From the IMG/VR virus record IMGVR_UViG_3300022697_000204, positions 1 to 39,051 of that record: a stretch of 39,051 nt of DNA; one strand, given 5' to 3'. A program made the translations under genes and the position numbers. Positions 1 through 7,995 of the stretch are shown piece by piece. The notes beneath the pieces are model-generated. The model saw only the letters and a program-made list of their open reading frames with translations. It was not told where the DNA came from and made no database searches. Numbering within the stretch: the stretch's first letter is position 1; each line of letters starts with the position of its first letter. The DNA comes from a virus (Duplodnaviria > Caudoviricetes).

Positions 1-186
1 ACGGACCGAGTCTGGTATGCCCATTCGACCTCGCCTTTAGCCAAGCTGGGCGCTCCAACCGGTGAACCCCCTGAAGCAGCGACACCCGACGACGGATCCA
101 GGATCCTATGCTGCAGCGCCTGCGGAGATTGCGTGCCGTGCCGGCCTACGCCGCGCGGGTATATGTGTGGCGATTGTACGGACTGA
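1..186 (+). CDS. 5'-truncated Cys-rich hypothetical protein (possible zinc finger)
   Basis: Frame 1 is open from the window edge to TGA at 184-186: ...RILCCSACGDCVPCRPTPRGYMCGDCTD*. It has three CxxC pairs and is not in the ORF track. Confidence 0.5.
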   Translation, partial: TDRVWYAHSTSPLAKLGAPTGEPPEAATPDDGSRILCCSACGDCVPCRPTPRGYMCGDCTD

Positions 187-212
187 CTTAACCACTTTTG
201 AAAGGACTGACC

Positions 213-977
213 ATGAAGACCATGAAACGGAGGTACACACAGACTGAGCTGGTCAAGATACTACGGGCCCACGCAGAATGGCTAAGGGACCCCGATACGA
301 ACCAGCGCGCCGATCTGACCAATGCCGACCTTTCCGGTGCAGATCTGCGATGCGCCAACCTTGCCGATGCCAATCTGGCCAAGGCCGTGCTTTCCGGCGC
401 CGATCTGGCCAAGGCCGTGCTTTCCGGCGCCGATCTGACCAATGCCGTGCTTTCCGGCGCCGACATGACCGGCTCCGATTTGACCGATGTCAACCTTTCT
501 TACGCCAATTTGACCGATGTCAACCTTTCTTACGCCAAGTTGACCGATGTCAACCTTTCTTACGCCGATTTGACCGGATCGAATCTCGCAGGAACCGACC
601 TTTCTTACGCCAATTTGACCGATGTCAACCTTTCTTACGCCGATTTGACCGGATCGAATCTCGCCGGATCGAATTTCGCCGATGCCGACATGACCGGAGT
701 CAAGGGTATCGTTTCACGGGATGAAGCGATAAAAAATCTTGACCGAATACGTGAAATCGTGCTCAACGATACAGCTTCGCTAGACATGCGCCATTGTCAC
801 TGTGGCACCACGCATTGTCTGGCCGGACACGCACAGCTAAATGCGGGACTAGAAGAGAGCAAATATACTGCGCTGATCGATGGTTCGCGACTGATCTGGC
901 CAGCGTCCCATATGTTTTACGCCACGAATGCGAGAGCGATCGCGTATCTGCAAAACCGCGAATATGCGGAACACTAA
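213..977 (+). CDS. Pentapeptide-repeat protein 1 with C-terminal CHCGTTHC domain
   Basis: A(D/N)Lxx repeats (ADLTN, ANLAD, VNLSY); typical N-terminal LVKILRAHAEWL cap; GAAAGG SD before ATG 213. Confidence 0.9.
   Translation: MKTMKRRYTQTELVKILRAHAEWLRDPDTNQRADLTNADLSGADLRCANLADANLAKAVLSGADLAKAVLSGADLTNAVLSGADMTGSDLTDVNLSYANLTDVNLSYAKLTDVNLSYADLTGSNLAGTDLSYANLTDVNLSYADLTGSNLAGSNFADADMTGVKGIVSRDEAIKNLDRIREIVLNDTASLDMRHCHCGTTHCLAGHAQLNAGLEESKYTALIDGSRLIWPASHMFYATNARAIAYLQNREYAEH
370..690 (+). repeat. 30-bp tandem coding repeats in pentapeptide gene 1
   Basis: Near-perfect units such as ATCTGGCCAAGGCCGTGCTTTCCGGCGCCG and TTGACCGATGTCAACCTTTCTTACGCCAAT. Confidence 0.85.
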
Positions 978-990
978 CGGAGCCCGCCCC

Positions 991-1926
991 ATGGAACGAC
1001 AATACACCCAGACTGAGCTGGTCAAGATACTACGGGCCCACGCAAAATGGCTAAGGGACCCCGATACGAACCAGCGCGCCGACCTTTCCGGTGCGGATCT
1101 GCGATGCGCCCATTTGACCGGAGCGAATTTGACCGGAGCGAATTTGACCAGAGCGAATTTGACCGGAGCGAATTTGACCGGAGCGAATTTGACCAGAGCG
1201 AATTTCGCCGATGCCAATCTGACCAGTGCCGTGCTTTCCGGCGCCAATCTGACCAGTGCCGTGCTTTCCGGCGCCAATCTGACCAATGCCGTGCTTTCCG
1301 GCGCCAAGATGATCCATGCCGTGCTTTCCGGCGCCAAGATGATCCATGCCGTGCTTTCCGGCGCCAAGATGATCCATGCCTGTCTTGCCCGTGTCGATCT
1401 GACCAATGCCGTGCTTTACGGAGCCGTGCTTGCGAACGCCACCCTGCACCGCGCTGACCTTTCTGGCGCAAATTTGACCCATGCCTATCTTTCCGGCTCC
1501 GATTTGACCGACGCCAACCTTTCTTACGCCAATTTGACCGATGTCAACCTTTCTTACGCCAAGTTGACCGGTGCCGATCTTTCTTACGCCAATTTGACCG
1601 GATCGAATCTCGCCGGAGCGAATTTCGCCGATGCCGACATGACCGGAGTCAAGGGTATCGTTTCGCGCGAAGAAGCAATCACAAATCTCGACCAGATACG
1701 CGAAAGCGTCCTCAAAAATCCAGCGTCACTATACATGGACAGTTGCCACTGTGGCACCACGCATTGTCTGGCTGGCCACGCACAGATAAATGACGGACTA
1801 GAAGAGAACGAAGACACTACGCTGATCGATGGTTCGCGACTGATCTGGCCAGCGTCCCATATGTTTTACGCCGCAAATGCGAGAGCGATCGGGTATCTGA
1901 AAAATCGAGAATATGCGACAAATTAA
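991..1926 (+). CDS. Pentapeptide-repeat protein 2 (paralog of 213-977)
   Basis: Same N-cap (YTQTELVKILRAHA.WL) and C-terminal domain with a longer repeat array; start at ATG 991 (MERQYTQ) by alignment with the paralog. Confidence 0.9.
   Translation: MERQYTQTELVKILRAHAKWLRDPDTNQRADLSGADLRCAHLTGANLTGANLTRANLTGANLTGANLTRANFADANLTSAVLSGANLTSAVLSGANLTNAVLSGAKMIHAVLSGAKMIHAVLSGAKMIHACLARVDLTNAVLYGAVLANATLHRADLSGANLTHAYLSGSDLTDANLSYANLTDVNLSYAKLTGADLSYANLTGSNLAGANFADADMTGVKGIVSREEAITNLDQIRESVLKNPASLYMDSCHCGTTHCLAGHAQINDGLEENEDTTLIDGSRLIWPASHMFYAANARAIGYLKNREYATN
1111..1380 (+). repeat. 15- and 30-bp tandem coding repeats in pentapeptide gene 2
   Basis: AATTTGACC(G/A)GAGCG about six times, followed by GTGCTTTCCGGCGCC-based 30-mers including AAGATGATCCATGCC three times. 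Confidence 0.85.
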
Positions 1927-1999
1927 CGCAGCACACATGATCGGCCAACGCTGAGCATGTGTGCCTTGTCTCGATAGCCCACTTTAGAAAGGCCAAACC

Positions 2000-2094
2000 A
2001 TGCCTGCTGCCCCTTAGCGCGAGACGATAATTACGGTGACGAGGCCGTAAAAGAAATGATCGAAGCCGTGAACACCACACAAAAGAAAGGCTAG
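2000..2094 (+). pseudogene. Possible frameshifted small gene
   Basis: GAAAGG SD and ATG 2000 give only MPAAP*. One extra C in the C4 run (2010-2013) would give a 31-aa ORF (MPAAPLARDDNYGDEAVKEMIEAVNTTQKKG) ending at TAG 2092-2094. Confidence 0.3.
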
Positions 2095-2098
2095 CACC

Positions 2099-2515
2099 AT
2101 GCACCTCTATCGAAAAGAACACAGTTCGCCGCCATATGATGCACACGCGAATTTGCAAAGCCGCACCAAGTACGCTGACCCCAGCGAGCGAAGTCTATTT
2201 AAGAATCGCATTTTGGCGACGAGCATTATCGCCAAGGGGTTATTTTTTGGTCTCGTTGAGTCATTGCCCAATCCCAGCGGACATGATGGGCGAATATTTC
2301 GCTTTCGCGTGTTGGATGTGTACGGCGAAGCCGTCACGCCTGAGAGCGAACCCGAATACAACAGCACACGCGACGCCGAAGAAGCCCTACACCAGTTCAC
2401 AAAGACGCTCGACGCTAAAGAATATTATAACGTGTTGATGACCACACGCCTTAAAAATCTACGATTGGAACACGTTGATGATTTGGCGCTGATCGGACAA
2501 GCATTGTCTAATTGA
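2099..2515 (+). CDS. Hypothetical phage protein
   Basis: 138-aa ORF with GAAAGG SD and protein-like composition, in the early-gene orientation. Confidence 0.75.
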   Translation: MHLYRKEHSSPPYDAHANLQSRTKYADPSERSLFKNRILATSIIAKGLFFGLVESLPNPSGHDGRIFRFRVLDVYGEAVTPESEPEYNSTRDAEEALHQFTKTLDAKEYYNVLMTTRLKNLRLEHVDDLALIGQALSN

Positions 2516-2575
2516 TTTGCTTTCTTTTGCTCCCTGGAGCATCGAGCATCGGACCACCCAAACGAAAGGCCCCTC

Positions 2576-3358
2576 ATGCACGCTACCGTCAACTGCATTG
2601 AGCCTAAGCACCTCAACACCAAAACGCTCATAACTGAATTGACCTTTATCCGCGATATCGTCACGTTCGAATGGCCACAGTATCGGGAATTCAAACGCGC
2701 CAACGACCCAAATCGAACGCCAAAGGCAATTAACAAATACGTCGATTTGAATTACAACTTTAAGTCCGTCCACGAACACATCAATTTTTTCATGTGGCAT
2801 TTCGGCTATTTGAAAAAACGATATTTTGCAATCCTAGCTGAGCTGATCAATCGTGATGAGGGGGCACCCCGCGCAACGCGATCAACAAGGACGCTCTTTG
2901 AACAAGCCGTTAGGGATGATGACCCCGAATTGCACAGATACTGGGTGCCCACCGAGGCTGATCGAAACGCGTGTTACCGCAATCTCTCATTAGAAATAGC
3001 ACAACGAACCGAAGAGAAAAGGCACCCTTATGAAACACCCGAACAGCATCTGCACAGGATCAAAACGAGGGAGATCGTTGGGGGCAAAACGGCCCCCCTG
3101 TATAGCATGCACACGTATGAAGGGGCCCAGCAAAGACTAGAAAGCCTCAAAGCCGATGAGGACCGACGACACGCCGCACTAGCAGAACGCATGGTACCTG
3201 AGCGTAAGCCCAAATTGACTCTCGATGACGTCCAAAGCATCTGGGCCAGATTGATCAACCAACGTCCAGACCAGTGGACCTTTTTTGATTTGGCGAGTGT
3301 GTTGGACCAAACTGTGGGTGTCCAGACACCGCCCATTGGGCCGTGCCGGCCGAAGTGA
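2576..3358 (+). CDS. Hypothetical protein
   Basis: 260-aa ORF with GAAAGG SD; no recognisable motif. Confidence 0.75.
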   Translation: MHATVNCIEPKHLNTKTLITELTFIRDIVTFEWPQYREFKRANDPNRTPKAINKYVDLNYNFKSVHEHINFFMWHFGYLKKRYFAILAELINRDEGAPRATRSTRTLFEQAVRDDDPELHRYWVPTEADRNACYRNLSLEIAQRTEEKRHPYETPEQHLHRIKTREIVGGKTAPLYSMHTYEGAQQRLESLKADEDRRHAALAERMVPERKPKLTLDDVQSIWARLINQRPDQWTFFDLASVLDQTVGVQTPPIGPCRPK

Positions 3359-3431
3359 CACCTTCGGGTATGAGGCGTCGCTTCGCTCTCAACGAGGAGA
3401 TGTTGTCAGTGTGACGGCATTCCGGCACGGC
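3340..3431 (+). ncRNA. Candidate structured RNA element
   Basis: GCCGTGCCGG (3340-3349) pairs perfectly with CCGGCACGGC (3422-3431); inner TGACA/TGTCA pairing and an ACC-TTCG-GGT hairpin. Confidence 0.35.
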
Positions 3432-3454
3432 TACGTTTAAAGGGGTAAGCACCG

Positions 3455-3607
3455 ATGAATACAGACACCCGCAAGCCGATGAGGCTCGGAGCCGCACTGG
3501 AACTAGCCAATCGACTGTTCATGATGACCGGTCAGGAATACTATATTGTGAGATCAAACGACGGAACGGGCTACATTCTGTTACCCGAACACGCCGTCGA
3601 TATTTAA
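3455..3607 (+). CDS. Small hypothetical protein (50 aa, MNTDTRKPMRLGAALELANRL...)
   Basis: AAAGGGG SD, AGCACC leader, fills the intergenic gap; below the ORF-track length cutoff. Confidence 0.65.
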   Translation: MNTDTRKPMRLGAALELANRLFMMTGQEYYIVRSNDGTGYILLPEHAVDI

Positions 3608-3626
3608 ATAAGCAGGGTTAGCACCA

Positions 3627-4415
3627 ATGGACTATGAAATCCAAAAGCAATTAGATCGGATCGAGCAAGAGACCGGGGCAGAAATCTTGTACGCCTGTGA
3701 GTCAGGGAGCCGTATGTGGGGCTTCGCGTCGACGGACAGTGACTACGATGTGAGGTTTATCTACGCGCACGCCAAAGCGAGATACCTCAGCGTCTCGCCG
3801 CCCAATGACAACATGAAAACAGCTATTGGCAACCTCGACATCGTCGGCTGGGACATCTACAAAGCTCTTCGGCTCGCTCGCAACAGCAACCCTTCGCTAC
3901 TGGAATGGATGCGATCGCCGATTGTCTACCGGCAGCCGAGCCCGATTTTCAAAACCACCATGGCGGACATTATCGCCAATCAATGGTCTTTACGGTCGTG
4001 TGCTCATCACTATTTCAGCATGGCAAAAAAGAACTGGCACGGATACCTTTGCAAGACAGTGGCCCCCTGCCTCAAGAAGTATCTCTACTGTATTCGTCCA
4101 TGTTTGTGCGCGATCCACATTCTTGAAACGAAGACCCTGCCGCCGATTTTGTTTGAAGATCTCTTAAATTCGACAACGGGTATCGAGGGGATACCAACGC
4201 CAACACGGACGGATATTTATGATCTGTTGGAAAGAAAGCGCAAGGGTGGAGAGGTTACAACGGGGCCACGAATCACGCGATTGGACGCTTTGATTGTCAC
4301 CGCATTTGTAAGGGCTAGCCAAGTGTCGCTCGATCTCCCCCATCGGCGTGTAGGCGATGAGCTGTTGGACGCTTTACTCACGGAATTGCTTGAGGAGGAT
4401 AGCACCGATGAATAG
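3627..4415 (+). CDS. DNA polymerase beta-superfamily nucleotidyltransferase (RlaP/YcgL/T4 NrdC.11-like)
   Basis: ESGSRMWGFASTDSDYDVRFIY (GS...DxD signature), DIVGWDI.KAL and SNPSLLEW family motifs. Confidence 0.9.
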   Translation: MDYEIQKQLDRIEQETGAEILYACESGSRMWGFASTDSDYDVRFIYAHAKARYLSVSPPNDNMKTAIGNLDIVGWDIYKALRLARNSNPSLLEWMRSPIVYRQPSPIFKTTMADIIANQWSLRSCAHHYFSMAKKNWHGYLCKTVAPCLKKYLYCIRPCLCAIHILETKTLPPILFEDLLNSTTGIEGIPTPTRTDIYDLLERKRKGGEVTTGPRITRLDALIVTAFVRASQVSLDLPHRRVGDELLDALLTELLEEDSTDE

Positions 4416-4545
4416 GCCACTTCTCGTCGCATTGGTGAGCGTCGGTTGCTTAGCCGCTACTGAGCCCACACCTGAATCCCCTTGGGCCGAAGAGTATCAA
4501 CGATATGCTTTTTCTAGAGCGTTCCCGCACACAATGCTAACATGA
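4408..4545 (+). CDS. Small exported or lipoprotein-like peptide (45 aa)
   Basis: GAGGAGG SD; MNRPLLVALVSVGCLAATEP signal-like N-terminus. Confidence 0.55.
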   Translation: MNRPLLVALVSVGCLAATEPTPESPWAEEYQRYAFSRAFPHTMLT

Positions 4546-4555
4546 AAGGTAGGTG

Positions 4556-4612
4556 ATGTTCACGAAAACATTTTTTATCTCTCTTTTCTTTGTAACCGTC
4601 ACGCTGATGTGA
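4556..4612 (+). CDS. 18-aa hydrophobic peptide MFTKTFFISLFFVTVTLM
   Basis: GAAAGGTAGGTG directly upstream of ATG 4556; a single hydrophobic segment. Confidence 0.35.
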   Translation: MFTKTFFISLFFVTVTLM

Positions 4613-4646
4613 CTCGACCCCTTGGCGCCGAAGTCGAGGATTTTTT
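4613..4646 (+). terminator. Putative intrinsic terminator
   Basis: CTCGAC...GTCGAG stem followed by GATTTTTT. Confidence 0.45.
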
Positions 4647-4661
4647 GAAAGGTTAGAACCC

Positions 4662-4766
4662 ATGACAAATAAGGAAACAGCTTTAGAGGTGTCGGCCCGC
4701 ATTTTGTCGTCGTCTGCTGCCCCCAACAGAAATAAGGCAACCCGCAGCCGTATCATGGTTGATTAA
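4662..4766 (+). CDS. Small hypothetical peptide (34 aa, MTNKETALEVSARIL...)
   Basis: GAAAGG SD upstream, as for other early genes. Confidence 0.4.
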   Translation: MTNKETALEVSARILSSSAAPNRNKATRSRIMVD

Positions 4767-4910
4767 TTATAGGTCCCTTGAAGGGGCTGGATGCCTTCAA
4801 AGACGGATTTTGGCTTGCCCGGCGTCAAGAATTAGGCATTGACAAAACGTGTAAAACCTGGATTCCGCCGAGCCGAATTCTATACGGCGACAAAAGCCGC
4901 TAGCCTTCAC

Positions 4911-4939
4911 TTGACAACCGTTTTCGTTGGCCATATAGT
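4911..4939 (+). promoter_or_regulatory. Sigma70-type promoter
   Basis: TTGACA-17 bp-TATAGT upstream of ORF 4979. Confidence 0.8.
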
Positions 4940-4978
4940 CTTTAAGCAGCATTAATTCCTACCCCCTAAGGAGCACCC

Positions 4979-5182
4979 ATGTCACAAAACACACAAGCCG
5001 GATTTGGTTTCGCAGCGGCCAATGGTTTAGGGGTAGGCACGGTGCAAAACGAAAAAACATTTTTAAGCAAACTCAAGAAGCTGTATCGCCGAAAAGCCAA
5101 AACTTCGGCGGGGGCTTTTCTTCTCCACGCCACCTTGTGGGGGACAGGGATAACGGCTCTCTACTTCATCTACATAAAGTAG
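4979..5182 (+). CDS. Small membrane protein
   Basis: AAGGAG SD; basic patch followed by a C-terminal hydrophobic segment (AGAFLLHATLWGTGITALYFIYI). Confidence 0.65.
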   Translation: MSQNTQAGFGFAAANGLGVGTVQNEKTFLSKLKKLYRRKAKTSAGAFLLHATLWGTGITALYFIYIK

Positions 5183-5247
5183 ACGCACCCAACGACACGT
5201 CAGCAAGAATCGCAACGCTCCGGCACTTATTTTGTGGAGATTTTAAA

Positions 5248-5592
5248 ATGAAACTTCGAAATGCGTTTTACGTCGTGGCGTGGTTGATGGTCTCCGTAAG
5301 CTGCATGGCGACCGAGCCAGTAGCCGGCCACCCCAAAGGCTCGCAAGTCAGCAAGGTCATTCCTTCGTCTCAAAGCTACACTGACACGACCGACAGCACG
5401 TCCCCCAAGACCCAACCGTCTTTACCCTCACCCCCGGTTATCGGCGGGGTCTTGGGGACGACTTTGGCGTTTGCCACCGGTGCGGGGTTGTGGCAGGGAA
5501 AGAAAAGCTGGCAAGTCGCAAAGCTGACCCGCCTAGCCGCCAACGCCGGCCAAATGCCAGATCACACAAAGGCGACCAATACAAAGGGCTAA
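5248..5592 (+). CDS. Exported/membrane protein (signal peptide, S/T/P-rich linker, C-terminal TM)
   Basis: GGAG SD before ATG 5248; MKLRNAFYVVAWLMVSVSCMATEP; hydrophobic VIGGVLGTTLAFATGAGLW followed by a basic tail. Confidence 0.65.
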   Translation: MKLRNAFYVVAWLMVSVSCMATEPVAGHPKGSQVSKVIPSSQSYTDTTDSTSPKTQPSLPSPPVIGGVLGTTLAFATGAGLWQGKKSWQVAKLTRLAANAGQMPDHTKATNTKG

Positions 5593-5594
5593 TA

Positions 5595-5822
5595 ATGGCA
5601 CCAAGCACCCCGATCGATTGGGCAAAATACACGTTAGACACGAAAGCGGTGGCAAAGCTCACGGGCTACAATATCCAATGGCTGCGGACACTCGCCCGAG
5701 ATGGACGGATCCCCGCTAAGCGACGTGGGCGGGACTGGAGATTTTGCATCGAAGAGATCAATGAGCATTTTGAAATCCAGACAAAAGCCGCCGTCAATGA
5801 AGAAACCAGCTCCGCAACTTGA
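5595..5822 (+). CDS. Excisionase/MerR-like helix-turn-helix DNA-binding protein (HTH_17-like)
   Basis: LDTKAVAKLTG...LRTLARDGRIPAKRRGRDWRF pattern; ATG 5595. Confidence 0.85.
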   Translation: MAPSTPIDWAKYTLDTKAVAKLTGYNIQWLRTLARDGRIPAKRRGRDWRFCIEEINEHFEIQTKAAVNEETSSAT

Positions 5823-7995
5823 CCTCGCTGCCCCGACATCGCACATAGCACGGCAGGCCATCAAGTTTGCCGCCGCCGGATTCAGTCTCATAACACTCAA
5901 TGGGAAAGTTCCCACCCAACCGGGATGGCAAAAAACACCGCATCGGCCCTCGGACGAAGTACCCGAATGGCTCACCAAGCATGGCGACAATTACGGCGTC
6001 TGTCTTAGCCCCGAGCATTTGGTAATCGATGTCGACCCCCGCCGTTTCCAGAACAGTGAAAAACCGCTGTTAAGACTTCTGACCGAAGCGGGTATATCGC
6101 CGGAGAAGCTCAGTGAAATGGCTGCAATTGTGGTCACTGGCTCAGGCGGTCACCACATCTATCTGCGCCTGCCCAAAGGTATCCGTGTGCGCAATGAGGT
6201 CAAGGGCTACGACGGCTTAGAGTTCAAGTCACAGGGGCGGCAAGTCGTTGGGCCAGGAAGCATTCACCCAGACACTGGGAAAAAGTATAAATGGCACACA
6301 AAAGGGTGCCCGATTGCCAAAATCCAGATGGCCCCGCCCGCTCTCCTGGCGATCATCTCCAAACGGCCACAGGACGACCCGCAAGAGCCGTATGACGGCT
6401 TCAAGGACGATGACAAACACACCATTCTCCGCTATATCGAGACGCTCAAGGAGGCCCCTGGGACGGCTGGGGAGCATCGGGGCGATAACGCAACGTTTCA
6501 GATGGCAGCGGCGGGGTATAGCTTTGGCCTCAGCAGCAGCAAGGTGCACCAATTGCTGATGGAGCACTACAACCATAAGTGCGGGCCGGGCTGGTCATCA
6601 GCTGACATGATGACCAAAGTGCGCAACGCCTTCGAGTATGCGACAGGGCCCAAAGGGTCCGAACTGCCTGACCTGCATTACGATATTTTGGATGAAACCA
6701 GCACGGTCGTCTACACCCCAGCCAGCCGGACCGGTAGTCTCAAATGGCACTCCAATTCAAACGGCATAAAGAAACTCAATCTCCACAATACCGTCAATTT
6801 CTTTCTCGAACCGACCGGTAAACTTCTCAACACGCTTGGGCACAATGCGTTCGAGGGCTCCGACACAGTTTTGAAAACGTTGCCGTGGGATACGAAGAAC
6901 GATTCGGTCCCTCGCCAGTGGACCGATACCGACACCGTTCGGTTGATGTGTTACCTTTCCAGCCGCCATAAATTTGATATTGGCCGAGCATCTACAGAAG
7001 CGGCGATCGTGGCATGCGCCAAAATGAATGAGTTCCATCCACTACGGGACTATCTCCGAGCTCTTACATGGGACAAGAAGCCTAGAATCAACCGGTTTCT
7101 AATTGACCATGGCGGGGCTGAGGACAACTTGTACGTTGAGGCGTGTTGCAAGTTGCTCATTCTACAGGCCGTTGAGAGGGGTCTGCATCCGGGCGCCAAG
7201 GCGGACTACGTTGTGGTGATGGAGTCCGGACAGGGTAAGGGTAAAACACGACTGCTTGAAACCCTTGGCGGAGACTGGTACGCGTCCATCCACTTGGATA
7301 CAAAAAATAAAGACACGGTTGACGGCCTCCGTGGCAAGTGGTGGATCGAGATGGAAGAGATGGAGGTTACCCGGCGAGCCGAGGCGGATGCTCTGAAGGC
7401 GTTTATCTCCCGCCGAGTTGATCGCGTTCGCCCCGCTTATGGCAAAAAGACGGTGGACTTCTATCGAAGTTGCGTATTTTCTGGATCAGTCAACCCTAAC
7501 GCTCTTGGCGAGTACCTTATCGACCCAACCGGAAACCGCCGCTTCCTTCCCATTAGGGTGGGCACCATCGACGTCGATGCCGTTGCCAAAATCCGAGATC
7601 AGTTGTTCGCCGAAGCAATCATCCGACTCGAAAGCGGCGAAAAGACTTGGATCGACGACCCCAAACTCGAAAAGCGAATCCTCGAAGAGCAAGCGTTGCG
7701 GCAGTCAACTGACCCCTGGCATGATTGGGTCGATTCCTATATTAAGGCTAACAAACCCGAAAAGATCAAAATCGACCATATGTGGTTCGGGATCTCGGGG
7801 CAAGGAGCAATGGGAAACTTGAGCGGATTGTCAAAGGTGTATCGGAACAGGATCGCTAACATTCTTCGGCATTGTGGCTATGAGGCAAAGAACAGGCGTG
7901 TTGATGGCATCCAAACTAAAGCGTATTTTTGGCCGATCGAGAAGAAGACAAGGAAACGGAAGGACCCCAATAGCATAGAGGATTTACTATCATGA
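5797..7995 (+). CDS. Bifunctional primase-polymerase fused to VirE/VapE-type helicase
   Basis: Prim-pol motifs NYGV, VIDVD, TGSGGHHIY; VirE motifs FHPLRDYL, Walker A SGQGKGKT, DPTGNRRF. Start could be 5761 or 5797. Confidence 0.9.
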   Translation: MKKPAPQLDLAAPTSHIARQAIKFAAAGFSLITLNGKVPTQPGWQKTPHRPSDEVPEWLTKHGDNYGVCLSPEHLVIDVDPRRFQNSEKPLLRLLTEAGISPEKLSEMAAIVVTGSGGHHIYLRLPKGIRVRNEVKGYDGLEFKSQGRQVVGPGSIHPDTGKKYKWHTKGCPIAKIQMAPPALLAIISKRPQDDPQEPYDGFKDDDKHTILRYIETLKEAPGTAGEHRGDNATFQMAAAGYSFGLSSSKVHQLLMEHYNHKCGPGWSSADMMTKVRNAFEYATGPKGSELPDLHYDILDETSTVVYTPASRTGSLKWHSNSNGIKKLNLHNTVNFFLEPTGKLLNTLGHNAFEGSDTVLKTLPWDTKNDSVPRQWTDTDTVRLMCYLSSRHKFDIGRASTEAAIVACAKMNEFHPLRDYLRALTWDKKPRINRFLIDHGGAEDNLYVEACCKLLILQAVERGLHPGAKADYVVVMESGQGKGKTRLLETLGGDWYASIHLDTKNKDTVDGLRGKWWIEMEEMEVTRRAEADALKAFISRRVDRVRPAYGKKTVDFYRSCVFSGSVNPNALGEYLIDPTGNRRFLPIRVGTIDVDAVAKIRDQLFAEAIIRLESGEKTWIDDPKLEKRILEEQALRQSTDPWHDWVDSYIKANKPEKIKIDHMWFGISGQGAMGNLSGLSKVYRNRIANILRHCGYEAKNRRVDGIQTKAYFWPIEKKTRKRKDPNSIEDLLS

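Noticed and set aside
188-1482. Repetitive alternative-frame and antisense ORFs (188-493, 278-724, 849-1406, 1047-1457, 1051-1482)
   Set aside because: They are shadows of the stop-poor pentapeptide repeat DNA.
700-1926. Diversity-generating retroelement TR/VR pair in the pentapeptide C-termini
   Set aside because: Differences between the copies are not adenine-specific, and no reverse transcriptase is present.
4839-4867. Promoter at TTGACA 4839
   Set aside because: There is no acceptable -10 at 16-18 bp spacing.
4979-4993. ORF 4979 and the major capsid protein both start MSQNT
   Set aside because: Only five residues match, with no further similarity; probably chance.
5595-5822. Excisionase as evidence of a prophage
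   Set aside because: No integrase, att site or host flank is present in the window, and this HTH type is a common phage regulator.
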